Assembly: GCA_013265495.1 (NCBI GenBank)
Contig: MU061579.1
Location: 4,240,327-4,304,326, forward strand
Direction of reading: 5' to 3'
Source of the DNA: Vicugna vicugna
Taxonomy: Eukaryota
Length of the DNA: 64,000 nucleotides
The position numbers and the translations under genes were made by a program. This document shows, piece by piece, positions 38,401-49,621 of the stretch. The notes beneath the pieces were generated by a model. That model ran no database searches. It saw nothing but the letters and a program-made list of their open reading frames with translations, and was not told the DNA's origin. How positions within the stretch are numbered: the stretch's first letter is position 1; each line of letters starts with the position of its first letter.

Positions 38401-38995
38401 CCTGAACTTGGTCATGTCACAGGCTGAATTCTGCTACTAAAATATCTTTGAATGCAAAATATTTTTTGAATGCAGTCTTCATGCAAGGTACTACTAGAAG
38501 GAAAAAAAGGGTGGGGCAGAGATCAAGAAAGTTACAAAACATATAACACAATTTCTATGACTCTTTCTGTGCCACCTTGTGAATAAATGCTAGTGTGACT
38601 CATAGAATTGTCTGAAACTTGCTTTTATCATAAACTATATGAGGTATTAGATTGGAAAGCTTTAGCTCTAATGCTAGCATTATTATACTTAAAAACTTAT
38701 CTAATCATTTAATTAGTCAACTTCCCTAGGTCACATATCTTCTAAACGGTATTACAACCACTCCATTAAAAAATGAATTTCAAGAAATACAACTCTGTCT
38801 ATTCTTATCTCTTCCCCCATTTGCCAAGAATTCCATTTCTAGGACTGTGGTCTTTAGTACCTGATATAATTTAGGGAGTATTGGGCCAATTCCCTAATGT
38901 CATAATACAGAGGACCTGAGACCTGATCAGCTTAAGTGAGTTGCTCTAATTCTGATCACTCATAGTGAAGTTGAGTTTAGGCCTCCTGGTCAGCC

Positions 38996-39505
38996 TGCTA
39001 AAAACTGAATGTATGGAGGTTTAGCCTGTTTACCAGCCATTAAGTAGGCCTGCTACAGCTCCATGGACACTGGCAGAAGTCTGGAGACTACCAGGTTAGA
39101 GAAAAAGGAGCGTTTAATAGTTACAGCACTAGCAGCAGCCAGCGATTCAGCATTTTTGCTTGTTCATTAAGTTCCAATTTCCACTGGGTGACATGAAGAG
39201 GGCCAGATGACACCTGCTTTTTCAGTGCATTGTGTTATAGGAGAGAAGCCTGGAGCTTAGGGAGCCAAATATTTCATAATGAGCAATAAGCCTGCCTTAT
39301 TTTCCCAGAGGGAGACATCTGTATTATACTGGGCATTAAATAAACCTATTATTTGACCCCTAGGGAGATATTCTCTCTACCTTCTGGAGTGGTTTGCTAT
39401 GTCACACATCCTTGAACAGATTCTCTCGTACAAATGGAATCAATGTCCCTACTCAAACGATATGCAGAAACACAACAAATCAGCAGAGAGCTGTCTGCCA
39501 GTATA
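38996..39505 (-). mobile_element. ERVL-class solo LTR (MER76-like, tentative)
   Basis: Reverse complement aligns by eye with 44447-44954 (ttcaaggatg/atttg..., cccagtataata, tgtctccctc, cttctgcca). Confidence 0.7.
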
Positions 39506-39543
39506 GTCCAAACCTCTTCTCACTATAATTCTAAAGTCTTGGT

Positions 39544-39908
39544 CCATAAAAAAGAATGAAATAATGTCATTTGCAGCAACGTGGATAATAGAGATTATCA
39601 TATTAACTGAAGTAATTCAGACAGAGAAAGACCAATATCATATGTTGTCATTTATATGTGGAATATAATAAAGATACAGATTTTATTTAGAAACCGGAAA
39701 TAGACTCACAGACGTAGAAAACAAATTGTAGTTACTGGGGGCAAAGTTTAGGGGAAGGATAAAATAGGAGTCTAGGGTTAACAGATACACATTTCTATAT
39801 ATAAAATAGATAAACAAGGACCTACTATATAGCATGGGGAACTATATTCAATTTATTGTAATGAGCTGTAATGGAAAAGAATCTGAAATATATACATATG
39901 TAAAAAGC
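39544..39908 (+). mobile_element. 5'-truncated L1 3' fragment with 9-bp TSD
   Basis: ccataaaaaagaatgaaataatgtcatttgcagcaac...; TSD agtcttggt at 39535-39543 and 39909-39917. Confidence 0.9.
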
Positions 39909-40009
39909 AGTCTTGGTATTCTACCACCTAGCTTCTTACTAGATGTATTACACTTTTTACTTTTCATTGTTTATTTTCTCTTCATAATGTCATAATTGCA
40001 ACAACAAGA

Positions 40010-40140
40010 TAGATACTGATTATTATACCCATTTTGCAGATGGGAGAAATGTGGCAAGTTGACATATGTAACTTTCCCAAGGTTGGATAAATATCTGGCA
40101 GTGAAAATACATCCAGGGTTTTCTGGCTACTAATTTGCTC
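40010..40140 (-). mobile_element. MIR SINE
   Basis: ttattatacccattttgcagatgggagaa...gtaactttcccaaggtt. Confidence 0.65.
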
Positions 40141-41574
40141 TTCGTATATGGCTGCCTCCATACAAAGAACTGGCAGCTGTCTTATCCCTGGGCTCTTCAT
40201 AGTGGTGATCTCAAGAGAAACAGCTAAAGGAAGGAAGAATGGAAGAGACTTAAGAGACTCACTATGGAGTAAAAATTGTACATTCTGTAGAAAACATGAT
40301 GCAAGCATATCTATGGCAGAATAATCTAAACAAGAAGTCTTTTTAACAAAACAGCAGGATAGAACTCAAACTGAAGAGGTAATCACACAAACAGAGCCAA
40401 ACACTAGAAACTGTGATTGCTGCTGCAAACATAGGTTGCTTTTGATCTATGGGCATTGTTGAAAACACTGAATTACTAAGCATTTCATTTCAGATACACA
40501 TCCACACACCCACACCAATCATTGCTACTAGTACCACCTCTACCCAAAAAATAAAACCGTAAGTCCATTAAAAAGTAAACTTAAACTATGAGAAAAGTGA
40601 GATTGGCATTCAGAAGTAAAAAGTTTGGCTGGTAAATTTTGCACAGGCTCTTTTGTTTGTATAAAGGGAAGGGAATGCCCTGTCTACCCATTGCCTGTGT
40701 CATATCAACATATACCTACTCTTTGAAAGTTCATCAGTCCTGAGGAAACTTACGACCTCTGGTGAAGAGAGAAGATTTGAGTATCCTAGTGCACTAGCAA
40801 GTAGTGGGTTACTTTGTTTAATATCGGTACCTAACTGAGGAGGAATGCAGGCTAGTGATTTATTTCACCCAGACGTAGAGGTGCTGTCCAGAATGGGATG
40901 TCCTTTAGGAAAGCATATATTGGCCGTAGTCCTAGGAGTAAAAAGCTATTACTAATCTTCCAATCCATTGCCCGGGTGCATTTTTTTAGTAGGAAGAAGG
41001 GGGAACTGTACAATATTAATCTGGAGAATGTAGGTCAGTCAGAATATTATACCAACAATTGTAAGGAAAGTAGCAGCAATGGATTTTAAAAATTCAAAGA
41101 AGTCTTGATACATTCACTAATAAGACACCAAAATGCTGTTAATAGCAGATTTAAAGAAATGTATTGTTTGTGGTGATTAAACCCAGTGGGCCTACTTGTT
41201 TTACAAACAGTGTCTTGCCATCCTGTGTATAATTTGCATAGACAGAGCAGTAGCTCACATACACACAATACAGATCACATACAAACACATTTATATGCAT
41301 ATACATGTAAATATACACACATATGTATGCATATGCATGTGTATATAAACGTCAATGTCTTAACACACAAAACATTTAAAATATTTAGGTTGGCTGCTTT
41401 CTATATGATCGATTTGTTTTTTTATATTTTGATTTTTTTGACTGATGTGGGTGTTCTTTTCTACAAAAAATGTGGAATTTGACATCTAATTCTCCACTAG
41501 TTAATCTCTTTAGAAGAGAATAAGAACAAAAATGCCTCCTGATTGTGTTGGTTGACATTGTTTATGCTGCTATT

Positions 41575-41845
41575 ATTGTTTTTTTATTTTTCTTCCCACT
41601 TTATTAAGATATAACTGACAGAACATTGTGGAAGTTTCAGGTGTGAATGTAATGATTTTATATATGTATATATAGTAAAATGATTACCACAATAAGTGTA
41701 GTTAACACACTCATCACCTTGCATAGTAACCTTTTTGTTTCATTTTGTTTTTGTGGTGAGAACTTTTAAGATACAGTCTCTTAACAACTTTCAAATATAC
41801 AATAAAGTATTACTAACTGTGGTCACTGTGATGTACATAAATTCT
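41575..41845 (-). mobile_element. L1 3'UTR fragment (same older subfamily as 36480-36800)
   Basis: tttattaagatataactgaca...aaatgattaccacaataag...actttcaaatatacaata shared with 36490-36690. Confidence 0.85.
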
Positions 41846-43132
41846 GAGGATATTTTCTTTTCTTGTTTTCTACACATTCTAAGCTCCTGTTGGCCTTCAT
41901 CAACATAATGTACATGAAGGATACAGATTGAAATATCACATGTAAATCCAGGTTAGGGAAACCTCTGGTAGTTTAAGATTTTCAGAGAAGCTTTTGAGAA
42001 ACTTGTTTCCCTGATTCCCAGTTTTCCCATCCTGAATGAAGATGCAGAACAAACCAGGATTTCTCTGTGGTCCATTCTGGTAACTTAGTCTCAATGAAGG
42101 TACTAGAGGGCACAGTCCGTGTGTTCATGTTTCTGGGCACCACGCTATAGCGCTCTGATCCAAAGGGAAATAACTTTCTCATTTTCTGAATGAAAAACAT
42201 TCCTGATGGCTACAGCATTTCGAAGAAACTGTCAGAGACATTGATTCTAAACTTGAAACTTTGAGCATACAAACCACAGGATATAATTCAGCAGATTATA
42301 CCTATACCTTGTGCAGTTTGTTGTCATTGTACAGAGAACCTTTATGAGAACATCACGGACAATTTTTATGTGTATAGTAGATCTTAAACAAGGGAAGAAT
42401 CAGGAAAATTTTTTTAAATTACCATGTTGTTCTGTTTGTTTGCTTTTTAATAATATTGCTAACTGGTGCTTTTTTTCCCCATTAGTTATTTAATAATTTA
42501 AATTGAACAATTTCTCTTGTTGGTACACATACATATATCTAAAAGTAATGGAACCACAGAATAGTTTATTTGGGGAGATTTTAGCTTCAGAAACATGCGA
42601 CAAATCTTTCTCTAATAATTTCACAATGTTTTTCTACTTATTTCTTCTTTCTGTTATCTTCGAAACCATTTTGGTTATAGTGGCAGAAGCTTACAGAAAA
42701 CAGTTGGCTAGTTGTCATGAGATGCTTACTACAGCTGGTTGAAGAATTAAAGTATGAATGGAATTTTTAAAAAATATTTTCCTGTGAATTAAAATTATAA
42801 TAATCTAATCTCTCTGCTCTTAAAATGCTACATAACCCATAAAAATTCCCAAATTTTACCTCGGGGAGATTACAAATGGTTCTCGTTCTCGACATTCAAG
42901 TTATGATAGGTCCCTGTCAACTGTTACTCCAGGGTATTAAACTTTGGATAATGGGTTGGGGAGGGTGGGAGTTTAGTCTCCATGGACCTAAATTTACATC
43001 ATAATATTCCCTTGACCACTAGAGACTTTGAAAGGAATTCAGAATTCAGCCTGTTCAACAGTTACTCTAGTTAGCAAATGTTTCAAATCGTTTACTCTTA
43101 ATAAAGACCTTGCTTGGCCAGGCTGCTTGCAA

Positions 43133-43381
43133 ATTTTTTTTTTATTGAAGTATAGTCTGTTATAATGTGTCAATATCTGGTGTACAGCATGATGTTTCAG
43201 TCATATATATATATATATACACATACATAAATTTGTTTTCATATTATTTTTATTATAGGCTATTACAAGATATTGAATATAGTTCCCAGTGCTATACAGA
43301 AGAAGTTTGGGTTTTTTTCTCGTTTATACATAATACTTAGTATTTGCACATCTTGAACTCCCAAATTACCCCTTCCCACCT
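43133..43381 (-). mobile_element. L1 3'UTR fragment
   Basis: ttttattgaagtatagtc...gaactcccaaattaccccttcccacc, antisense of the L1 3'UTR. Confidence 0.9.
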
Positions 43382-43899
43382 ATATGATTGTTTAACTTCT
43401 CAACTGAAGTTTTAAAAGGGAAACTCATTTGATCAAACTCATTTTCCCCATGTATGTTCTTCACCAAAATAGAACTTTCATCATTTTTTTTTGCAAATAA
43501 TTCACTATTTGCAAGTAGAAAACATCATAACTTCCATTTTTTAATGACAATCCATATGTAATCTCAGGAAATAATTAGTACTTATCAGTTTTTTCTTCTC
43601 CTCAGTTTTTGGGGGTTTACGCTTATCTGGAAATTGTTTGAATTATTCATGGAGAACACAATTACTTCAACTAGTTGACTCTACCAAGGAGAGGAGACAT
43701 CAAGATTAGTTACCTACTCTGTTTTCTGTGAAGAATGAAAAGTAGTGACTGAGTGAATACAGTTGACTGAGTTGCAATCCTGGTTGTTTGACATGGAATG
43801 AAATGTGTGCCTTCTCTTGCCTATACCACTGCAGTGCCCATAGGATCAATACCAAAGTAGCAGCATGACCAAAAATGCCTTGCCTAATCTGGGCGAATC

Positions 43900-44340
43900 T
43901 GATTCTCCAGCTTCATACTGAACCTCTCTTTTTCCAGGTTCCTATATTCAATCCACTCCTGTCTGCTTTTATTTCTTAAGGCTCCCATGTTCTTTCTGAC
44001 TTGAGAAACATTTGATTTCTGCACTTGGAATGTTCTCCATTCCTTAAGTCATTTGTCTAGTTCTGCTCCTATTTCAAATCTCAGGTCAAATATAGTTTCC
44101 TCAGGCAAAGCTTTAAATCAAATATAGTTTGCACAGGTCACCAGAGACTAGGTCATTACACTGAAATATAAACTCAAAATTAGTCATCCCAATCAGTTCT
44201 AAATTATTTGTGTATGTGGTTATTTGATTGAAACCTGAGTTTGCAATTCTTGAACTAACTTTTGATATTTTATCTTCAATACCTATCAGATTGCCTTGCA
44301 CTATAGAGAAATTCAGAATATTTATGGAATAAATTGGAAA
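43900..44340 (+). mobile_element. L2 3' fragment
   Basis: gcacttggaatgttctcc...ttcaaatctcaggtcaaatatagtttcctcaggcaaagctt...aatatttatggaataaat. Confidence 0.55.
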
Positions 44341-44446
44341 ATAATAATTATAATAACACTATCTTATGCTTAATATATACAAAATATTAATATGAACCAT
44401 ATGTACATGCAGACTCAATCCTCATGGAAAATCTAGAGGTGAACAC

Positions 44447-44954
44447 ATTAGGAGACAGTTTTCCGTGGATCTCTCATGTTTTTGCCTATTTTGCAAATAA
44501 GGCACTGTCCTTGGTTCTGAATTATCTTTCAAGGATATTTGTGCAGAGCAGTTTTGGGAGATAGAGATTGTGCCTTCCTCCAGAGCAAAAGATAGTAATG
44601 CTTACTGTCCAGTATAATAGAGGTAATGTCTCCCTCCAGAGCAAAAGAGGCAAGCATGTTTATAGCCCTTTATGAAAGATTCAGGTTACCTAAAAGCAAG
44701 GGTCCTCTCCCATAGTACAACACATTGTGTACAAGTGTCATCAGGGCATTTTTGCATAACTCTATGTGAATTGGGACTTAGAGAACCAGCATAAAAATAT
44801 TGATAATCCAGCTACTGATATTGCCATGAGTAATAAGCCATTCTTCAACTTTAACCCAGGAGTGTCATGTCTTCTGCCAAGATCCATAAAACTATGACAA
44901 TAACCAGTTAGCTTGCAAGTAGAGCAAAATCTCAAAATTTTTATGTTTCTTACA
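44447..44954 (+). mobile_element. ERVL-class solo LTR (MER76-like, tentative)
   Basis: ggagacagttttccgtggatctctcatgtttttgc...ttcaaggatatttg...gagtaataag...cttaca. Confidence 0.7.
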
Positions 44955-46462
44955 GTGAATATTATTATTATGCCTACTTGACAGTAAATTGATCTGAAGC
45001 ACAGTTAGGTGAAGTGAAGAAACATTTTACCTTGTATTATTTCAGCTTTATTATGCCCAATCAAAATGGCTAGAAGTTAGTTGTTTTTTTAAATCAACCC
45101 CATTATAGAGACATGTCGAATATACTACACTAGACTAATAATTTGTCTGGGTATCAATTTATAATAGCATTCTAATGCCCACAGTGTTAAGGTTAACATA
45201 CCAAATTATTATACAATTGTATCAGGACATGTGAAATACATTATCTATATACTTAATATTTATTTATATTTATATGTAATAAGTTATATATGATATCATT
45301 GTATATCATTGACTTTCATTGGGGATTTTGTTTCAAATACTTAACTGAGAAATTCAGACTTTTAAAATTTTGGTTAAGTGTCCTATATTAACATACTCCT
45401 AATTAAATGAATTGGTTTAATTGTTGAATAATTTATGCATCTCTCAGATAGTTTCCATCTGAAACCCATTATGAATAGATACTAATTGAGTTATACTTTA
45501 ACCATGTAATGAGGAAATATATTGATATCAAAATAATTTTTATAATAAATTCAGTGTCTTATATGACAATTAGAAGGAAAATGATCTGAAAAATATAGAT
45601 ATAGTGATCTCAAACTAAGTAAAAATAAACATAAATTACTGAAGTGAAATAACCACATGAACTTGGCCAGATTTTTCTATTCAGCAGAACTTTAAGTATC
45701 AACAGTTCTCTTGTTAAATTTTTAAAGTAGTTTTTTCTAAAATAATTGTGCTACTTTTATATGCAGAACATAATATAAAATAATATAAGATGTGATATAG
45801 ATGAAATTGGCTAGTTAACTTTATTTTTGCAAATAAATTGAATAATGTTAAAAGTACATTTTTAAAATGACATTTGAATTAGCTACTTATAAGAAAAAAA
45901 AATCAAACTAACAAATTAATTTCCAAATCCTACTTCTCTGTTCCATATGTATGTAAGTGTAAGCATTAATTTACATGCCATCATAGTATTTCCCTCACTA
46001 TCAACAAAGTTCAGGGAATTATTTTGGTGCTTATTTTAGTAGGTTATAATGCGTCATCTTTCTCAGTTTCCAGTATAAATGTTTTCTTATAGCATTCTTT
46101 TCAAATTGTCATTTACATAAGACAGATAAGAGAAAGAGGTTACTGATCAAAGCTACTACAAACGACTATCCACTTAAGAAAAGAGTCAGTCAATGCTTAG
46201 TAAAGAAATGCTGGCTATTTTCTGGAGAAAATGTTGAATAAAAATATGCTCCCTCAAACTCTATGTGTATATAAATTTCGTAGATTCAAGAGCACATTGT
46301 CAGAGATACTGGTCTAATTACTAGTTATTGTCATTAAACAGTTTATTGTTGTTTGGGCCTATTGTTGGACTGTTGTCTCAAGTGAATCCAAATACTAAAG
46401 GTGGAAACATAAAAAATGGGCATAACTTTGCACCATGAAGGCAGTAAATTCATCTAAGTATA

Positions 46463-46670
46463 CAGTTGACCCTTGAACACTGTCGGGTTAGGGGCACTGA
46501 CTCTGCTAAGTAGAATATTTGCAATTACCTTTACAGTCAGCCTTCCATATCTGCTGTTCTGCATCTGCAGATTCAGCCATTGCAGATGGCTGAGTACAGA
46601 TTTACTGGAAAAAAAATCACATATAAGGGCACTCATGCAGTTCAAACCCACATTGTTCAAGGGTCAACTG
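46463..46670. mobile_element. MER8-like TcMar-Tigger MITE, complete
   Basis: Perfect 17-bp TIRs cagttgacccttgaaca / tgttcaagggtcaactg flanked by TA TSDs (46461-62, 46671-72). Confidence 0.92.
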
Positions 46671-47418
46671 TACTTCGTACATTTTAGATGTCTTCTAGAT
46701 TGTAAGTTCTGATTGTGAACCTGGCGTGGTCATTTTATGTGTCACAGAGAGTGAGATCTTGGTATTTTGAGTCATAAGTGATGGGAAGAACTACCAGAAA
46801 CAGGCAGAGGGCTCCCAAATTACCTGGTTTGTGCATATTCTCAACCACCTGGATACATAATAAATGAAAATATCTTGGCCCAGCAGGACACAGCAACATG
46901 TTCTAATCCTATGAAAACCACTTGGACCAGCAAATAACAGTAGGTGTTGATAGTGGGCACCATGCAAATTACAGTTCAGGTGGTCAGAGTATGATATTTC
47001 AGTCTGTCTTGGCCAAGCTGATGCTAGGAGAAGAAAAAATATCCACTTATCATGCTTTACCTGGTATTTCAACCTGGTAAAGTTTCCATTAAATAGAATA
47101 GAAAAATTTGGTGTTGGGGACTATTAAATGCAATACAAATTCTAGCACACAATAGGCACTAAATTAATACCTTTTGAATGAATGAATTTATTTAAAATGA
47201 ATAAGTGAGTGAATACCTTAGGTATATATGGCTTGATTGTCTTTTGAAATACCCAGATAAAATACAGGAGAGGTTATATAACAGTTTATTACTTGATTAT
47301 CTAATCAATGTAACATCAATAAGGTGCTAAAGGATTAAGACACTAGAACAAGCAACATTTGAGCAGTAAAAATAAATGTGAGGACTCCAAATGATAGTGC
47401 ATGGCAACTGGATACCTT

Positions 47419-49621
47419 AATAGGGAGATATTAAAATGTAGTAATAAAAAATTGAACACATTTAGACAGAATTGCATAGGGCCAGTCATGACTTTCAGCC
47501 TAGTCTTAACAAATTGAGCACATCTGCAAAGCAATATTAGTGTGTTTTAATTATTTCTGAAGAACTGTCCTGCTTAGTTCCCATGTAAAAGCAGAGCGGG
47601 AATGAAGAGAGGACCGAAGAGATGGGGGAGAGTCGATAATGTTAGGTAGGTTAAACAAAGGTAAAAAAGTCTCCAGTGTTTAGAAAACGGTGAAGGGATC
47701 ACTAAGTGATCTTTACTGTATCTCGTACAGAAACTCTAGAAACTCAGAACTTTATTATGTAAATACGTATGTGTGTGTATGTGTGTGAGTGTGTATGTGT
47801 GTAGGCTGAAATATAAATCAAAAAAGTAATGTATATAACTTTCCAAGTGTTCCCCAGTGTTTTGTATAACATCATTATCAGCAAAGTTTAAAATATTCAG
47901 AGTATAATTATCTATCAGTAAATTTTCCACCCAAATAATTTAGACTTCATCAATATACATAGTCACACACATGTACACACACAGGTGGATGGATGTATAG
48001 ATTCATAGATACGTAAGTAGAGTATTTTAACAGTGTACTATTACCTAACGACTAAGAAAATCTGGAATATTTTTTCCCATTAGAACAATTTACAATTTAG
48101 AGCCTTATTCAAGTTGCTAAAACTTCATCATGACATCCTAACATATTTTTCAGGATTAATTAGTAGTTTTAATATATAGTAAGTATATTTTAGTAGCTTG
48201 CTGTAGAGGCCTATTATCCCAATTAAGAAATGTTTAAAATAGAAGTATGTTTTTTATGCAATTTTAATATGTTTTGGTCACTAGACTAAAATTTTAAAAA
48301 CTCTTCTGGTGGTATTCTTTTAGGGATTCTTTCACAGAAAGGGAATTAGAGTGGGAAGGGAGAAGTCATGTTAAGAAAGACTGTCCTAAGAAAATAACCA
48401 CTGAAGGGAAATAAAAATAGAGGATGAAAAAAATGTCAGATGAACTTTCACACTGGAAGCATTGTTTAAGTTCATGGTATGCACAGTGTTTGAATTTCTA
48501 TCCATAAATTGTGTATGCAGCAATATTTTCAAAGTGTTTTGGCTGACATTCTAAAATACAGTCCCATGTCCCAAAGTTTCTGTATACCCTGTCCCCTAAT
48601 GTCTAAATTAAATAAGGCCTTCAATCTGTTACATCAGGATCTATCCTCCAGAATATTTTCGAGAACCAGCAGGGAACACTTAAAGATCTTAGTTGTTACT
48701 TCTCAAATCTTCCTCTGAATTTTTTGTTTCAAGCTTTTCTTCATTATTTCAAGCCATGTCTTTTATCTTCAGCCACACCTTTGTAGTTTATTGCCAATCT
48801 TTTTTGCCTATGAAAATGGACACGGCCTTTTCCTTTATTCCCGAAGACAGTGATAACACAGAACTACTTGGGGATATCATAGGCAATTTAAAACAGAAAA
48901 TTTATAAAATTGGATGTCAGACATCATTGTGTCTTACAGTTAATTGTCCATTTCTGGTCCAAGGACTTTCAGTCTGATCCCTGCTCCCCTCCCATCTCTT
49001 TCTTCTTAGCTTGAAGCTGCTTCTTAGATCTAAGGTCCAGGACTTTGACACCTGTTAAAGTGTTCAATGTATTTCCTCCTTTCTGCTCAACCTACCCAAT
49101 TATTTATAATAAAATCTACCTCAGAAACATATTCATTCCTTTCTCATGAGGGAGGTATTTTACTAGTGTCAAATGAATTATCCAAGAATCATAAGTGGAT
49201 GGTTTTCTTAAATGTATGGAACTAAAGGATAATTCTGGATAATTTCCAGAACGAAAAAAGTCCATTGTTAATTGACTTGCTTTCCACATCACTAAAAATT
49301 GCTAGTGACTTTGAACATTAATTTTCTAACTAAAATAAAATTTAAAGTTTTTGCTTTATGTGTAGCAAGGCAAATGAAATATCTCTTCCAATAATTGCAA
49401 TTCAAGTAATACAACTAGCTTCAGCTTTCTGGTTGGAGCCATTATAGTAGCTTTCAGTTCCATTAAACTAATGCTTGTTGATTTTCTGCAATTTATTAAG
49501 ACTTGGTAGACACCAAAGAAATATTCAACATCTGTCTTTGAGAAACATACTCTGCAATGAGATTTGATAGATTATACAGATGACAGAAAGCCTCTGTGAT
49601 CGCACACGTGCACGCGGGCGC
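47419..49621 (+). repeat. Tandem duplication, copy 1 (2203 bp)
   Basis: Matches 49622-51826 with ~22 substitutions and one 2-bp indel counted by eye; identical ORF pair 48693/50898 and near-identical pair 47736/49939. Confidence 0.97.

Noticed and set aside
47697..47711. Inverted repeat gatcact-a-agtgatc (also ttctgga-taatt-tccagaa near 49235)
   Set aside because: 7-bp arms are expected by chance; they occur twice only because of the duplication.
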